NCBI RefSeq assembly: GCF_032444005.1
Contig: NC_091290.1
Span: forward strand, 21,204,001 to 21,268,000
Source of the DNA: Ranitomeya imitator
Taxonomy: Eukaryota
Direction of reading: 5' to 3'
DNA length: 64,000 nucleotides
The first letter of the stretch is position 1; each line of letters begins with the position of its first letter. Shown in pieces: positions 34,901-46,900 of the stretch. The notes beneath the pieces are model-generated. The model saw only the letters and a program-made list of their open reading frames with translations, was not told the DNA's origin and did not search any database. The position numbers were made by a program, and so were the translations under genes.

Positions 34901-37900
34901 GACGCTTTAATCCAGGTCTTGGAGGAGATCCCTCAGGAGAACATCCGCCGCCTCATCAGGAGCATGCCCAGGCGTTGTAGGGCGGTCATACATGCACGTG
35001 GAGGCCACACACACTACTGAGCATAATTTCCTTGTCTTGAGGCATTTCCACTGAAGTTGGATCAGCCTGTAATTTGATTTTCCACTTTGATTCTGAGCAT
35101 CATTCCAAATTCAGACCTTCATGGGATATTAATTTTGATTTACATTGATCATTTTTATCTTTTATTGTTCTCAGTGCATTCTACTATGTAATGAATAAAG
35201 ATTTGAAACTGGAATATTTCATTCAGTGATATCTGGGATGTGGGATTTTAGTGTTCCCTTTATTTTTTTTGAGCAGTGAATAAGACTACTAAAATTTTCA
35301 CAACTAAGTCATGGAAAAGAATAGAAGTCAAGCAATTATAATATGCACCTACGATCTGCTCTTACCAGGCTGGGAGGCAATGACCAGCACGCTGTTCGGG
35401 CAATGATAAGACACGGCTGGTACAAATCCACGCAGAAGGTTCACGTTACTTTGTAAGACTTCCAGGTATGACTGAGCGCTCCTCCATGCATTTAAAGTTA
35501 TCACTATGACTTTCGAGTCGGCAAGACGGGACAGATCTAGAAAGAAGAACATTGCGTATTGTCTCCCGTCACATCCACATACCCATCAACGTAATCATAC
35601 ACGCTTACGTTAATATTAACCCCCTTAAAAATGCAACCCATTTTTATTTTTTTGCGGTTTTATCCTCCCCCTCTTCCAAGAGCCATAACTCTTCTCCCCC
35701 CCCCCCCCCCCCCACTATCAATATGAGGGCTTTTTTTTTTTGCAAGACAAATTGTTATTTTGAATAGCGCCGTTCACTTTAGCATATGGTGTATTGAAGA
35801 ATTATTAAAAAAAAAAATCTAAATGAGGTGACGTGATGGAAAAACGCAAATCTGCCATTACTTTTTGGGTCTTTTTTTTTTTTTTTTTTTTTTTACCACG
35901 TAAAAGTCATCCGGCTACACGATTCTCCTCGTCAGTGCGGTTATGGCAGTAAACTTGGAGTTTNNNNNNNNNNNNNNNNNNNNNNNNNNNNNNNNNNNNN
36001 NNNNNNNNNNNNNNNNNNNNNNNNNNNNNNNNNNNNNNNNNNNNNNNNNNNNNNNNNNNNNNNNNNNNNNNNNNNNNNNNNNNNNNNNNNNNNNNNNNNN
36101 NNNNNNNNNNNNNNNNNGCCTAATTGTAATTAGTAACATTCACCTTATATAAAGTACTAATACGCTGATTAGAGTGCAGACATATAAATGGATCAGCGAT
36201 TTGTGTAGTGGTAAAATGAGCGCAAGTACCTGATCATAATAGTGGCTTATATAGACATAAAGGAATGTCCTGCCACAACTAAGATGGCGCCGCGGCGCGG
36301 ACATAACACTAGTGCGCATGCGCTAGTAAAATGAAAGTGTACTGGAGCTCCCATTGGCTGACATCGTGTGACAGGTTAATTGGATTTGTAGACAGGCGCA
36401 ATAGAGTTTTATGAACGCCGATAACGGCCATTACAGAGTCCTCCATGTGGTGTCATCGGATAGCGGTAAGGTGAGGGACATAAAGTGTAATCACTATGAA
36501 TATTAATACAAATTTATGCTAATGAGAAAGTCTGTGAAACAAAGGAGAAAGTGGGGAAGTGTGATATTTTATAAAGAACATAGCACAAAGCACCTTAATA
36601 AGCACGGATATTGCACTGAAGAGATACTATATGCACATTATAGAAAACTGTACAACTATATGTTTACTTATGTATTAATGGTAATTGTAACATGCAAATT
36701 TATTCAAATTGTTTCTATAAAAGCACAATCATTGTTAACACCCATTGCTTGAAAAAGGCTCAGTGAGCCGAAACGTCGCGCAGTGATGTGGGTCGATTAA
36801 AACTTCACCTTTTTTTCATCTGAAACGTCTGGAGTGCTGCCTTCTCTTTGCTATTTGGTATATATATATATATATATAGTATAGGGAGCAGAACGGCACT
36901 AGAGTAGAACGTCTCCAAACAAACAGGACTGTTAGTGGACAGCTGTGTAATCAGGCGTCACAATCATAAAGGGTAATGGTGCTCTGCATGAATGTCCAGC
37001 AAGTAATCCGTATGCAGTAAGAAAGAAGAAAATTATGCGGCACTCACCCCGAATTAGCTGTGAAGATTGTGATCTTTATTGGAGAAAAATGAAGATTACA
37101 TCCATCAGGACATCAGGTACATGAGAGGGTGCGGTATAGGAGCACGGACGACAGCCGTTTTGCACACACAGGTGTGTGACCCGTCGAAGCACCTGTGTGT
37201 GCGAAACGGCTGTCGTCCGTGCTCCTATACCGCACCCTCTCATGTACCTGATGTCCTGATGGATGTAATCTTCATTTTTCTCCAGTAAAGATCACAATCT
37301 TCACAGCTAATTCGGGGCGAGTGCCGCATAATTTTCTTCTTTCTTACTGCATACGGAGATATATATATATATATATATATTACACACACAAACACACACA
37401 CACCTCCTACCTTTACTGATTTCCAGATCTGGAATCGTGAAAAGTTGCAGGTCAGTGGTTCCTCCACCTTTTGATCCTCCATCGCTGACATCGATAAGAA
37501 CAAGAGAGTCCGCAGCCCTCTGTGCGGGAACATTAATCATGTATTATGATGATGCAGATCTGTGATCTCAGCGACTCCGCTTCCCAATTATCTCTCAGGG
37601 GTGTTATATGAGACCACATGCTACGGTGGGCAAATGACAAGCGACAGGAGAAATCCAGAAACCCAATACTATAAAATGCCACTAATCTGGTGCTGGATGG
37701 TCCAGAAAACCTGGTAACCGTTCTGAGGATTGTTAGGATTTAACGCAAGGAAATGTATAAAATTTAGCCATTTTTGTACCTTTGAAGATATAGCCAATAG
37801 ACAAGCCAGAGCCAAATCTCCTCCTCCGATCACTGCGACTTTACTGCGACTTTTCCCACTTACGTCTACACCGGACACACCTGGTAATGTAATGATACCG

Positions 37901-40900
37901 TTATATCGAGGGGCACAGTATGCCAATCTCTACAACATGGGGCACCTCCATATATCCTTACCATCAGTGACCTGGGAGATGAAGGTGAGAAGCTCCTTCT
38001 GCCTGGAGGCTTCCGCAGCGGAGAGGGAATAAAGCGGGAGCTCATCCTCAAAGGTTGCTGTCATTTCTTTGATCAGGCTGCATATGGTAGTTTTGGGCTG
38101 TAAGAGACCAAATATTACAGATGACAGTGACTGGTACTATAGCAGATGGTACAGTAATGGCCGCTCACCCCTTGGGAACGGGACATACAGGTCTCAGATT
38201 TTTCTACCTATTAAAAGTATGTTGAAAGTTCTGAAATATTAAACATTTCTCATCATTTTCTAGATCCCTCGTTTCCTGCCAGAGTTTTTTTTTTTATTTT
38301 TTTTTTTTTGAGGGGGTGAGGGAGGGTATCATTTTTTGACAGCGTTCATTGTTGCAGGGGAAAAAAAAAAAGACTTTGTAACATAATACAGATCAGTAGG
38401 GTCATGGATTTTGAATGTTTTTTTTTTTTCTTCAATAAAAAAAAAAAAAAAAAAAAGAAGAAAAGGGGGATTTTTGTGTACTCACCGTAAAATCCTTTTC
38501 TCTGAGACATTCATTGGGGGACACAGACCGTGGGTGTATGCTGCTGCCACTAGGAGGCTGACACTAAGTGATACAAAGAAAGTTAGCTCCTCCCCTGCCG
38601 TATACACCCTCCTGCTGGCTCTCAGCTAACCAGTTCGGTGCAAAAGCAGTAGGAGATCAATAACATATGAGCACATAGCATGTCATATTATATATGCGAG
38701 TATAGCATGTCAAATTATAAAACAAGCTAATAACAGGGTGGGATCTGTGTCCCCCAATGAATGGCTCGGAGAAAAGGATTTTACGGTGAGTACACAAAAA
38801 TCCCCATTTCTCCTTCGCCTCATTGGGGGACACAGACCGTGGGACGTCCCAAAGCAGTCCCTGGGTGGGGACAACATCAGGTCAGGCCCTGTGTAACCGC
38901 TAATTACAAGTTCGACACCGCGGCCTGCAGAGCCCGCCTGCCCAGACTCGCATCTGTGGAAGTCTGGGAATTATAGTGCTTCAAGAATGCATGCGGACTG
39001 GACGAGCACGCAAGCTTGTAGGTGCTTTGCCGACGCCTGGTGCCTAGAACCCAAGAAACCTCGATAGACAGGGAGATATAATAATTTTTATTTATATAGC
39101 GCCAACATATTCCGCAGCGCTTTACAAATTATAGAGGGGACTTGTACAGACAATAGACATTACAGCATAACAGAAATACAGTTCAAAACAGATACCAGGA
39201 GGAATGAGGGCCCTGCTCGCAAGCTTACAAACTATGGGGAAAAGGGGAGACACGAGAGGTGGATGGTAACAATTGCTTTAGTTATTCGGACCAGCTATAG
39301 TGTAAGGATAAGCTGACATCTAACAAGGAAGGACTCCTGGATGGTGTAACAAATCCACCAGGCTAACATGGCTGATGAAACGGCTAAACCCTTCCTGTGA
39401 CCGTCAGGAAGCAGTCCTCTTACCGTCAGGAAGCCCAAATTGTCCAACCTTGAGAACGACGCAGTCCTCGATACGTAGCTACTCAGAGCACTCACTTCGT
39501 CCAGAATATGGGGAACCCATTCCGTTTTGTGGACTGGTACCGAATGAGATGAGGGAAGAATGATGCCCTCATAACAGTGAGAATACAATACCACCTTGGT
39601 GACAAGGGACGGGGATGGCCTGAGGACAACCTTGCCTTGATGTTAATAAAGAAAAAAAAAAAAGTCTGAAAGAACCTGGAGCAGCCAGTGCCAGGCAGCA
39701 GCTGCCAAGGCAAACAGGATCATGGGGTGCATTAAAAGAGGTCTGGATACACATGATGAGAGCTTTATACTGCCTCTGTACAAATCCCTAGTTAGACCGC
39801 ACATGGAGTACTGTGTCCAGTTTTGGGCACCGGTGCTCAGGAAGGATATAATGGAACTAGAGAGAGTACAAAGGAGGGCAACAAAATTAATAAAGGGGAT
39901 GGGAGAACTACAATACCCAGATAGATTAGCGAAATTAGGATTATTTAGTCTAGAAAAAAGACGACTGAGGGGCGATCTAATAACCATGTATAAGTATATA
40001 AGGGGACAATACAAATATCTCGCTGAGATTCTGTTTATACCAAGGAAGGTGACGGGCACAAGGGGGCATTCTTTGCGTCTGGAGGAGAGAAGGTTTTTCC
40101 ACCAACATAGAAGAGGATTCTTTACTGTTAGGGCAGTGAGAATCTGGAATTGCTTGCCTGAGGAGGTGGTGATGGCGAACTCAGTCGAGGGGTTCAAGAG
40201 AGGCCTGGATGTCTTCCTGGAGCAGAACAATATTGTATCATACAATTATTAGGTTCTGTAGAAGGACGTAGATCTGGGGATTTATTATGATGGAATATAG
40301 GCTGAACTGGATGGACAAATGTCTTTTTTCGGCCTTACTAACTATGTTACTATGTAGAACAGAGCGGCTAGCTCCGAAGACTCGTCAGGATGATGAGATC
40401 GCAGAGAAAAATAAAAAATAAAAATAAAAAAAAAGAGGGCGACCTTCCCTGATAGTAAAGTCTGTCCAGATCAAAAGGAGTCTACTGTAAGCCTCACAGG
40501 AACATTAAGGTCTCAAAGATCTAACGGTGTACGATAGGGAAGAACCACATGTGAAAACTCCCTGCGAGGAAGTCCCTACTTACAGTTTTGCTGCAATAAG
40601 ATGGAAAAATACTGGTTCCGCAAACAAAAAACCTGATGTGGTCAGTGCGCATCGCTCAGGATCACTGGGGCCCTTCCCGCTTCCAAAATGCTCTCGAAAG
40701 TAGTGGAAGAGGGTTTATGGAAATTGGTACCACGGGAGAACCAGAGCATGCACTGCGATGGCTTTTGGATCTCAAAGCCAAACCATGAACTGGAGTACAT
40801 TGGCGTTCAGTCTGGACGCCATACGATCTACATCTGGAGTGCTCCAGTGAAAGCAGTTCTGATGGAAGACTTCCGGATGAGGTTCCAACTCACTTGAGGC

Positions 40901-40942
40901 AGGACCCTGAAGGCATCTGCCACCAGAGTGGATAAAAATCAA

Positions 40943-40977
<35 letters not shown>

Positions 40978-43900
40978 GGATTTTTTTTTATTTAAATCGG
41001 ATTTTTTTCAATTAACTGCTTTTTGAGGAAAATATTTTACCATCCAAAGGTTCTTCCATCATGAGATAAAGCTGAGTTGTTTAACTCAGTAGAATAAAGT
41101 CTGTACAGGTCCTTCTCAAAAAATTAGCATATAGTGTTAAATTTCATTATTTACCATAATGTAATGATTACAATTAAACTTTCATATATTATAGATTCAT
41201 TATCCACCAACTGAAATTTGTCAGGTCTTTTATTGTTTTAATACTGATGATTTTGGCATACAACTCCTGATAACCCAAAAAACCTGTCTCAATAAATTAG
41301 CATATTTCACCCATCCAATCAAATAAAAGTGTTTTTTAATAACAAACAAAAAAACCAACAAATAATAATGTTCAGTTATGCACTCAATACTTGGTCGGGA
41401 ATCCTTTGGCAGAAATGACTGCTTCAATGCGGCGTGGCATGGAGGCAATCAGCCTGTGACACTGCTGAGATGTTATGGAGGCCCAGGATGCTTCAATAGC
41501 GGCCTTAAGCTCATCCAGAGTGTTGGGTCTTGCGTCTCTCAACTTTCTCTTTCCAATATCCCACAGATTCTCTATGGGGTTCAGGTCAGGAGAGTTGGCA
41601 GGCCAATTGAGCACAGTAATACCATGGTCAGTAAACCATTTACCAGTGGTTTTGGCACTGTGAGCAGGTGCCAGGTCGTGCTGAAAAATGAAATCTTCAT
41701 CTCCATAAAGCATTTCAGCCGATGGAAGCATGAAGTGCTCCAAAATCTCCTGATAGCTAGCTGCATTGACCCTGCCCTTGATGAAACACAGTGGACCAAC
41801 ACCAGCAGCTGACATGGCACCCCACACCATCACTGACTGTGGGTACTTGACACTGGACTTCAGGCATTTTGGCATTTCCTTCTCCCCAGTCTTCCTCCAG
41901 ACTCTGGCACCTTGATTTCCGAATGACATGCAAAATTTGCTTTCATCAGAAAAAAGTACTTGGGACCACTTAGCAACAGTCCAGTGCTGCTTCTCTGTAG
42001 CCCAGGTCAGGCGCCTCTGCCGCTGTTTATGGTTCAAAAGTGGCTTTACCTGGGGAATGCGGCACCTGTAGCCCATTTCCTGCACACGCCTGTGCACGGT
42101 GGCTCTGGATGTTTCCACACCAGACTCTGTCCACTGCTTCCTCAGGTTCCCCAAGGTCTGGAATCGGTCCTTCTCCACAATCTTCCTCAGGGTCCGGTCT
42201 CCTCTTCTCGTTGTACAGCGTTTTCTGCCACATTGTTTCCTTCCAACAGACTTACCATTGAGGTGCCTTGATACAGCACTCTGGGAACAGCCTATTTGTT
42301 GAGAAATTTCTTTCTGGGTCTTACCCTCTTGCTTGAGGGTGTCAATGATGGCCTTCTTGACATTTGTCAGGTCGCTAGTCTTACCCATGATGGGGGTTTT
42401 GAGTAATGAACCAGGCAGGGAGTTTATAAAAGCCTCAGGTATGTTTTGCATGTGTTTAGAGTTAATTAGTTGATTCAGAAGATTAGGGTAATAGGTCGTT
42501 TAGAGAACCTTTTCTTGATATGCTAATTTATTGAGACAGGTTTTTTGGGTTATCAGGAGTTGTATGCCAAAATCATCAGTATTAAAACAATAAAAGACCT
42601 GACAAATTTCAGTTGGTGGATAATGAATCTATAATATATGAAAGTTTAATTGTAATCATTACATTATGGTAAATAATGAAATTTAACACTATATGCTAAT
42701 TTTTTGAGAAGGACCTGTATATGTGTAACATTCACAATGTCATGCTCTTCCAGAGGTTTCTGTAGGATTAGTGGGCAGTTTCTCTCCTATATTATCACAG
42801 ACGCTCGCTTTACTTACGCAGTTCTCAAAACTAAATTTGACTCCGCAGAGGTCCCAGCCTCTTCTTCACGGCAAAAATGTTACAACATGAACAGAGTTGA
42901 GAAAAAGACCTTAATCCTATTGTTCTACAAACCTATGAATACAGAATCAACCCCTTCAGTGCCAAGTCCAAGAAGTTAGACAATATGTTTCTGATTGTTT
43001 GGAGTGGAATAGATCTGCACAACATAAGAAGAATGTGAATCTAAGTGTGAGGAGGAGGAAGGGCAAGCAGACAAGAAAATGAAAGTGAAACTTTGAGCAC
43101 AATACTGCAGCATAGCCACAGACAGACAAGTCTGGATCTGTTTGTGTGTACGATCTGAGGTTTATTACATTCTTTCCTTATAATGGCAGCAGGCCGTAAA
43201 AGAGACCCAGTTTGGGAATATTTTAATGAAGCTCCTTCGCCTATCGGTAAGGCAGGCATGCGTGCAAAATGCAAATGATGCAACAAAGAGATGCAAGGCC
43301 TGGTGGCGCGAATGAGGCAACATCATGAGAAGTGCGGTGATGAAGATGACCAAAGAAACACTTCTGAACAGGCAGGATCTTCAGGTTGGTAAACATTTTT
43401 ATTGAATCCTATTTCTAAAGACTGAACTGTCATGTGTGAGAAAAATTATATTTCTTATTATTACTGCATGTTACTGTCATTTGGTACAGTTATGAAGAAA
43501 AACAAATATTCCTTTTGGGGCAGGGGCAGTGATGTGTTGTGTACAATAAGCAGAAATTGTATAAACAATAAAATAACAGCATTGACTTTTTTTGTTTAGG
43601 GGAATTCATGGATTCTGGAAACTATCCACCTCCAAGATCACCATCATCCTGTTCTACAGTTTCAGAGTTATCCATCCAGGATAGTGCTTCATTAGCAGCA
43701 GCATCATCATCATCAGACACCCACAGCCACATATCACCATCACCCAAAAGGAAGAAAAAACCTTTACCTCCTGGAACCACCATAGATAGGTTTGTGATAA
43801 GAACTAGCAGATTAGAAAAAGAGTTGATTGATGAAAAAATTGCCCAGTTTATTTATGCAACGAACTCTTCTTTCCGTCTGACTGAGAACCCACTTTTCAT

Positions 43901-46900
43901 TAATATGGTTCAGTCACTGAGACCAGGATACAGTCCACCCAGCAGAGCTGATGTTGCAGGGAAACTGCTGGATCAACTGTATGACAGAGAAATGGAGCAA
44001 TGTGCAACAGCTCTGGGGGGTAAAATTGTTAACCTAAGTATTGATGGGTGGAGTAATGTCCACAATGATCCTATTGTATGTGCTTGTATAACAACAGAAG
44101 AAGGTAAAGTCTTCCTTGCACAAACAACTCATACGTCAGGAAATGCACACACAGCAGAATACTTACAAGAAGTGGCAGTAAAAGCTATAACGACGTGAAC
44201 AAAAATTCAAATGTCTAGTACGCAGTTTGGTCACTGACAATGCTGCAAACGTATCCAAGATGAGAAGAGATTTAGAAGAGCAGGGAGGGAATACAAAGCT
44301 GCTAATAACATATGGTTGCAGTGCTCATTTGCTGCACCTCTTAGCCAAAGACTTAAGTGTTCCAGAAATAAAGGCTAATGTTGTTGAAATTGCTAAATAC
44401 TTCCGTAATAATCATTTTGCTGCAGCAGCTCTGAAAAGGATGGGTGGAACCAAGCTAACGCTCCCACAAGATGTTAGATGGAACTCTGTGGTGGACTGTT
44501 TTGAGCAGTATATCAAAAACTGGCCTATTCTGATGACACTTTGTGAGGAAAATTGAGATAAAATAGATGGCACTGTCACGGACAAAATCCTCAACATTGG
44601 GCTTAAGAGAAATGTTGAACATATGCTGAGCTTCCTGAAACCCATCTCTCAAGCTTTAAACAAAATACAGAAAAATAGCTATTTTATTGCGGATGCTGTT
44701 GAAATTTGGAAGGAACTGAGTGAACACTTAAAAACAGAACTACACATGGACAGAATTAAATTACAAGCAGTAAACAAACGAATGGGACAAGCACTGACTC
44801 CAGCTCATTTTATGGCAAATATTGTCAATATCCAATATCAGGGTCAAAACCTAAGTGCTGAGGAAGAGGAGTTAGCTATGACATGGGTATCCAGCAATCA
44901 TCCATCTTTAATGCCAACTATAATAAACTTCAGAGCTAAGGGGGAACCATTCAAGAAATATATGTTTGCTGAAGATATTTTAAGGAAGGTCACACCAGTA
45001 AACTGGTGGAAGTCACTTAAGCGCTTGGATTTAGAGACTGTTCAAGTAATGATTTCATTTTTAACAGCAGTAGCTTCTTCTGCAGGCGTTGAAAGAATAT
45101 TCTCTTCCTTTGGACTCATTCATTCTAAATTGAGAAATCGGTTGGGACCCAATAAAGCAGGAAAGCTTGTTTTTCTTTTCCAGATTATGAATAGGAACAA
45201 AGAAGAAGATGATGATGAAGATGACAAGTGAGCTACAGAGGACAGCAGGGACAGTAGTATTTAAGTTTTTCATGTGTCGGCTGGGCTGACAGTCTAAGTT
45301 TCTTATAATATACTAGATGGCAGCCCGATTCTAAAGAATCGGGAGTCTAGAATCCATATATACTTTATTTATTCAAATGTAAGAATAATACAATTAATAA
45401 ATAATAGTAAGAAAGAACAAAAATAATAGGCAGTATATGGAGAAAACACCAAACAAAAGTTCAAAATTGGTGTGAAAATGTCACTGAACCACTTCACAAC
45501 TAAATATATATAGTTTTGGTAAATGGTATTATCATTTTTTTGACGAAATTCGGCAGGAGCTTGAAGAGCAACGTCACTGGGCCCGCCTCCACGCAGTAGA
45601 AACTTGCTGTGAGGTAAAAATTTAAAAATCACACCAAAATGGCGGGCGGAGTGTGTCACAGTACGGCACGTTTCTGATTGGTCGCTCGCAGCAGGCGGCA
45701 ACCAATCAGACACTGGACACTGTTGACGTCACTTATCTCCGGACATTAGCTCCGGACAAAGCCACGGAAGTTGGCACAAATTGCAGGAAGTAGTATTCTA
45801 GGCAATTATATATTAGATATATATATATTTTGTTTAGCCAAATTAGTTAACAAAGATGGATGTTTGTTTAAGCAAATAACTTATGCTGTAATATTGTTAT
45901 TGTTTCAGTTGAATAAATCTATTTAAATTGTTATTAAGGTCAGGATTATTTTTCTCCTTCCTAAGTACAACAGAACAGTGGTGTCCAAATAGGAATGATT
46001 AACCCATTAAACTGGGGAGAAAAAAGTAATATAAAAAGTGATTCTAAAAATCTTCATCTACTTGCATGTTAAAGTAGCATGAACTAGTTTAGGTAGAAAC
46101 TTTGATTTAAATCACTGATTTAAATCAAGCCTTACTGACTAGTGATTTAAATCGTGATTTAAATCAGTTAGATTTAAATCAAATCCACCCTGTCTGCCAC
46201 CTAGAGTTCTACTCCTGGGATGTGTAGTGCCGAGATCACAAAATGATAGATCTCGGCCCATCAGAGAATGTGAGGTACCTCAGCTATGGCACCTGACTGT
46301 GGGTACCTGCTAGATGATTGACGTATGGCACAGCCGTGGCATTATCCGATTGAATTCAGATGGGGTGACCCGCCAGAAGGCAGTGGACCTGCTGTAGGAC
46401 TAGCCGTACCGTTCGGATCCCCAGAGCAATGATCGGGAGAAGACTGACATAGGTAGTCACTAATAACCATTGAACCAGGAGAAAAGGATCTCCCCTGGAT
46501 GAGGAAGGAGCTCAGAGACTACCCTCTGAAAGCCTGTTTGACCTGCAGAAAACGAGAGGAGCGAAGGAAACCGCTACCATTGCCGTCACCATTTTTCCTA
46601 AGAACCCTCCTAGCAAATCGAATGGAATGAGGGGGATGAGTGATAAAGTGCACGAACTCCCTGTTGAAGGGCCACGGCCTTGTCTCAAGGGAGAATAACC
46701 AACCTTCTGGAAATGTCCAGGATCATCTTCAAAAAGGATATCTACTGGGCTGGAAATGAGGAAAACTTGTCTAAGTTTAGCTGCCAGCCCAGATGAGAGG
46801 GTATTGCAAGTGATATACCCAACTCAGCGCAGTCCTGTAAGAGCGGTTAGAAAGTCGACCAGATCGGGTAGGACGACCACGCCTCTAGGGTGCAAGAGGA

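Larger units (their letters stand above)
40924..46192 (+). mobile_element. hAT DNA transposon with a disrupted BED-finger/DDE transposase
   Basis: 8-bp TSD TCTGCCAC (40916-40923 and 46193-46200); CAG(A/G)GTGGAT ends; BED exon from ATG 43183; catalytic motifs [28 protein letters not shown] at 43608-45231; two TGA stops and one frameshift. Confidence 0.9.
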
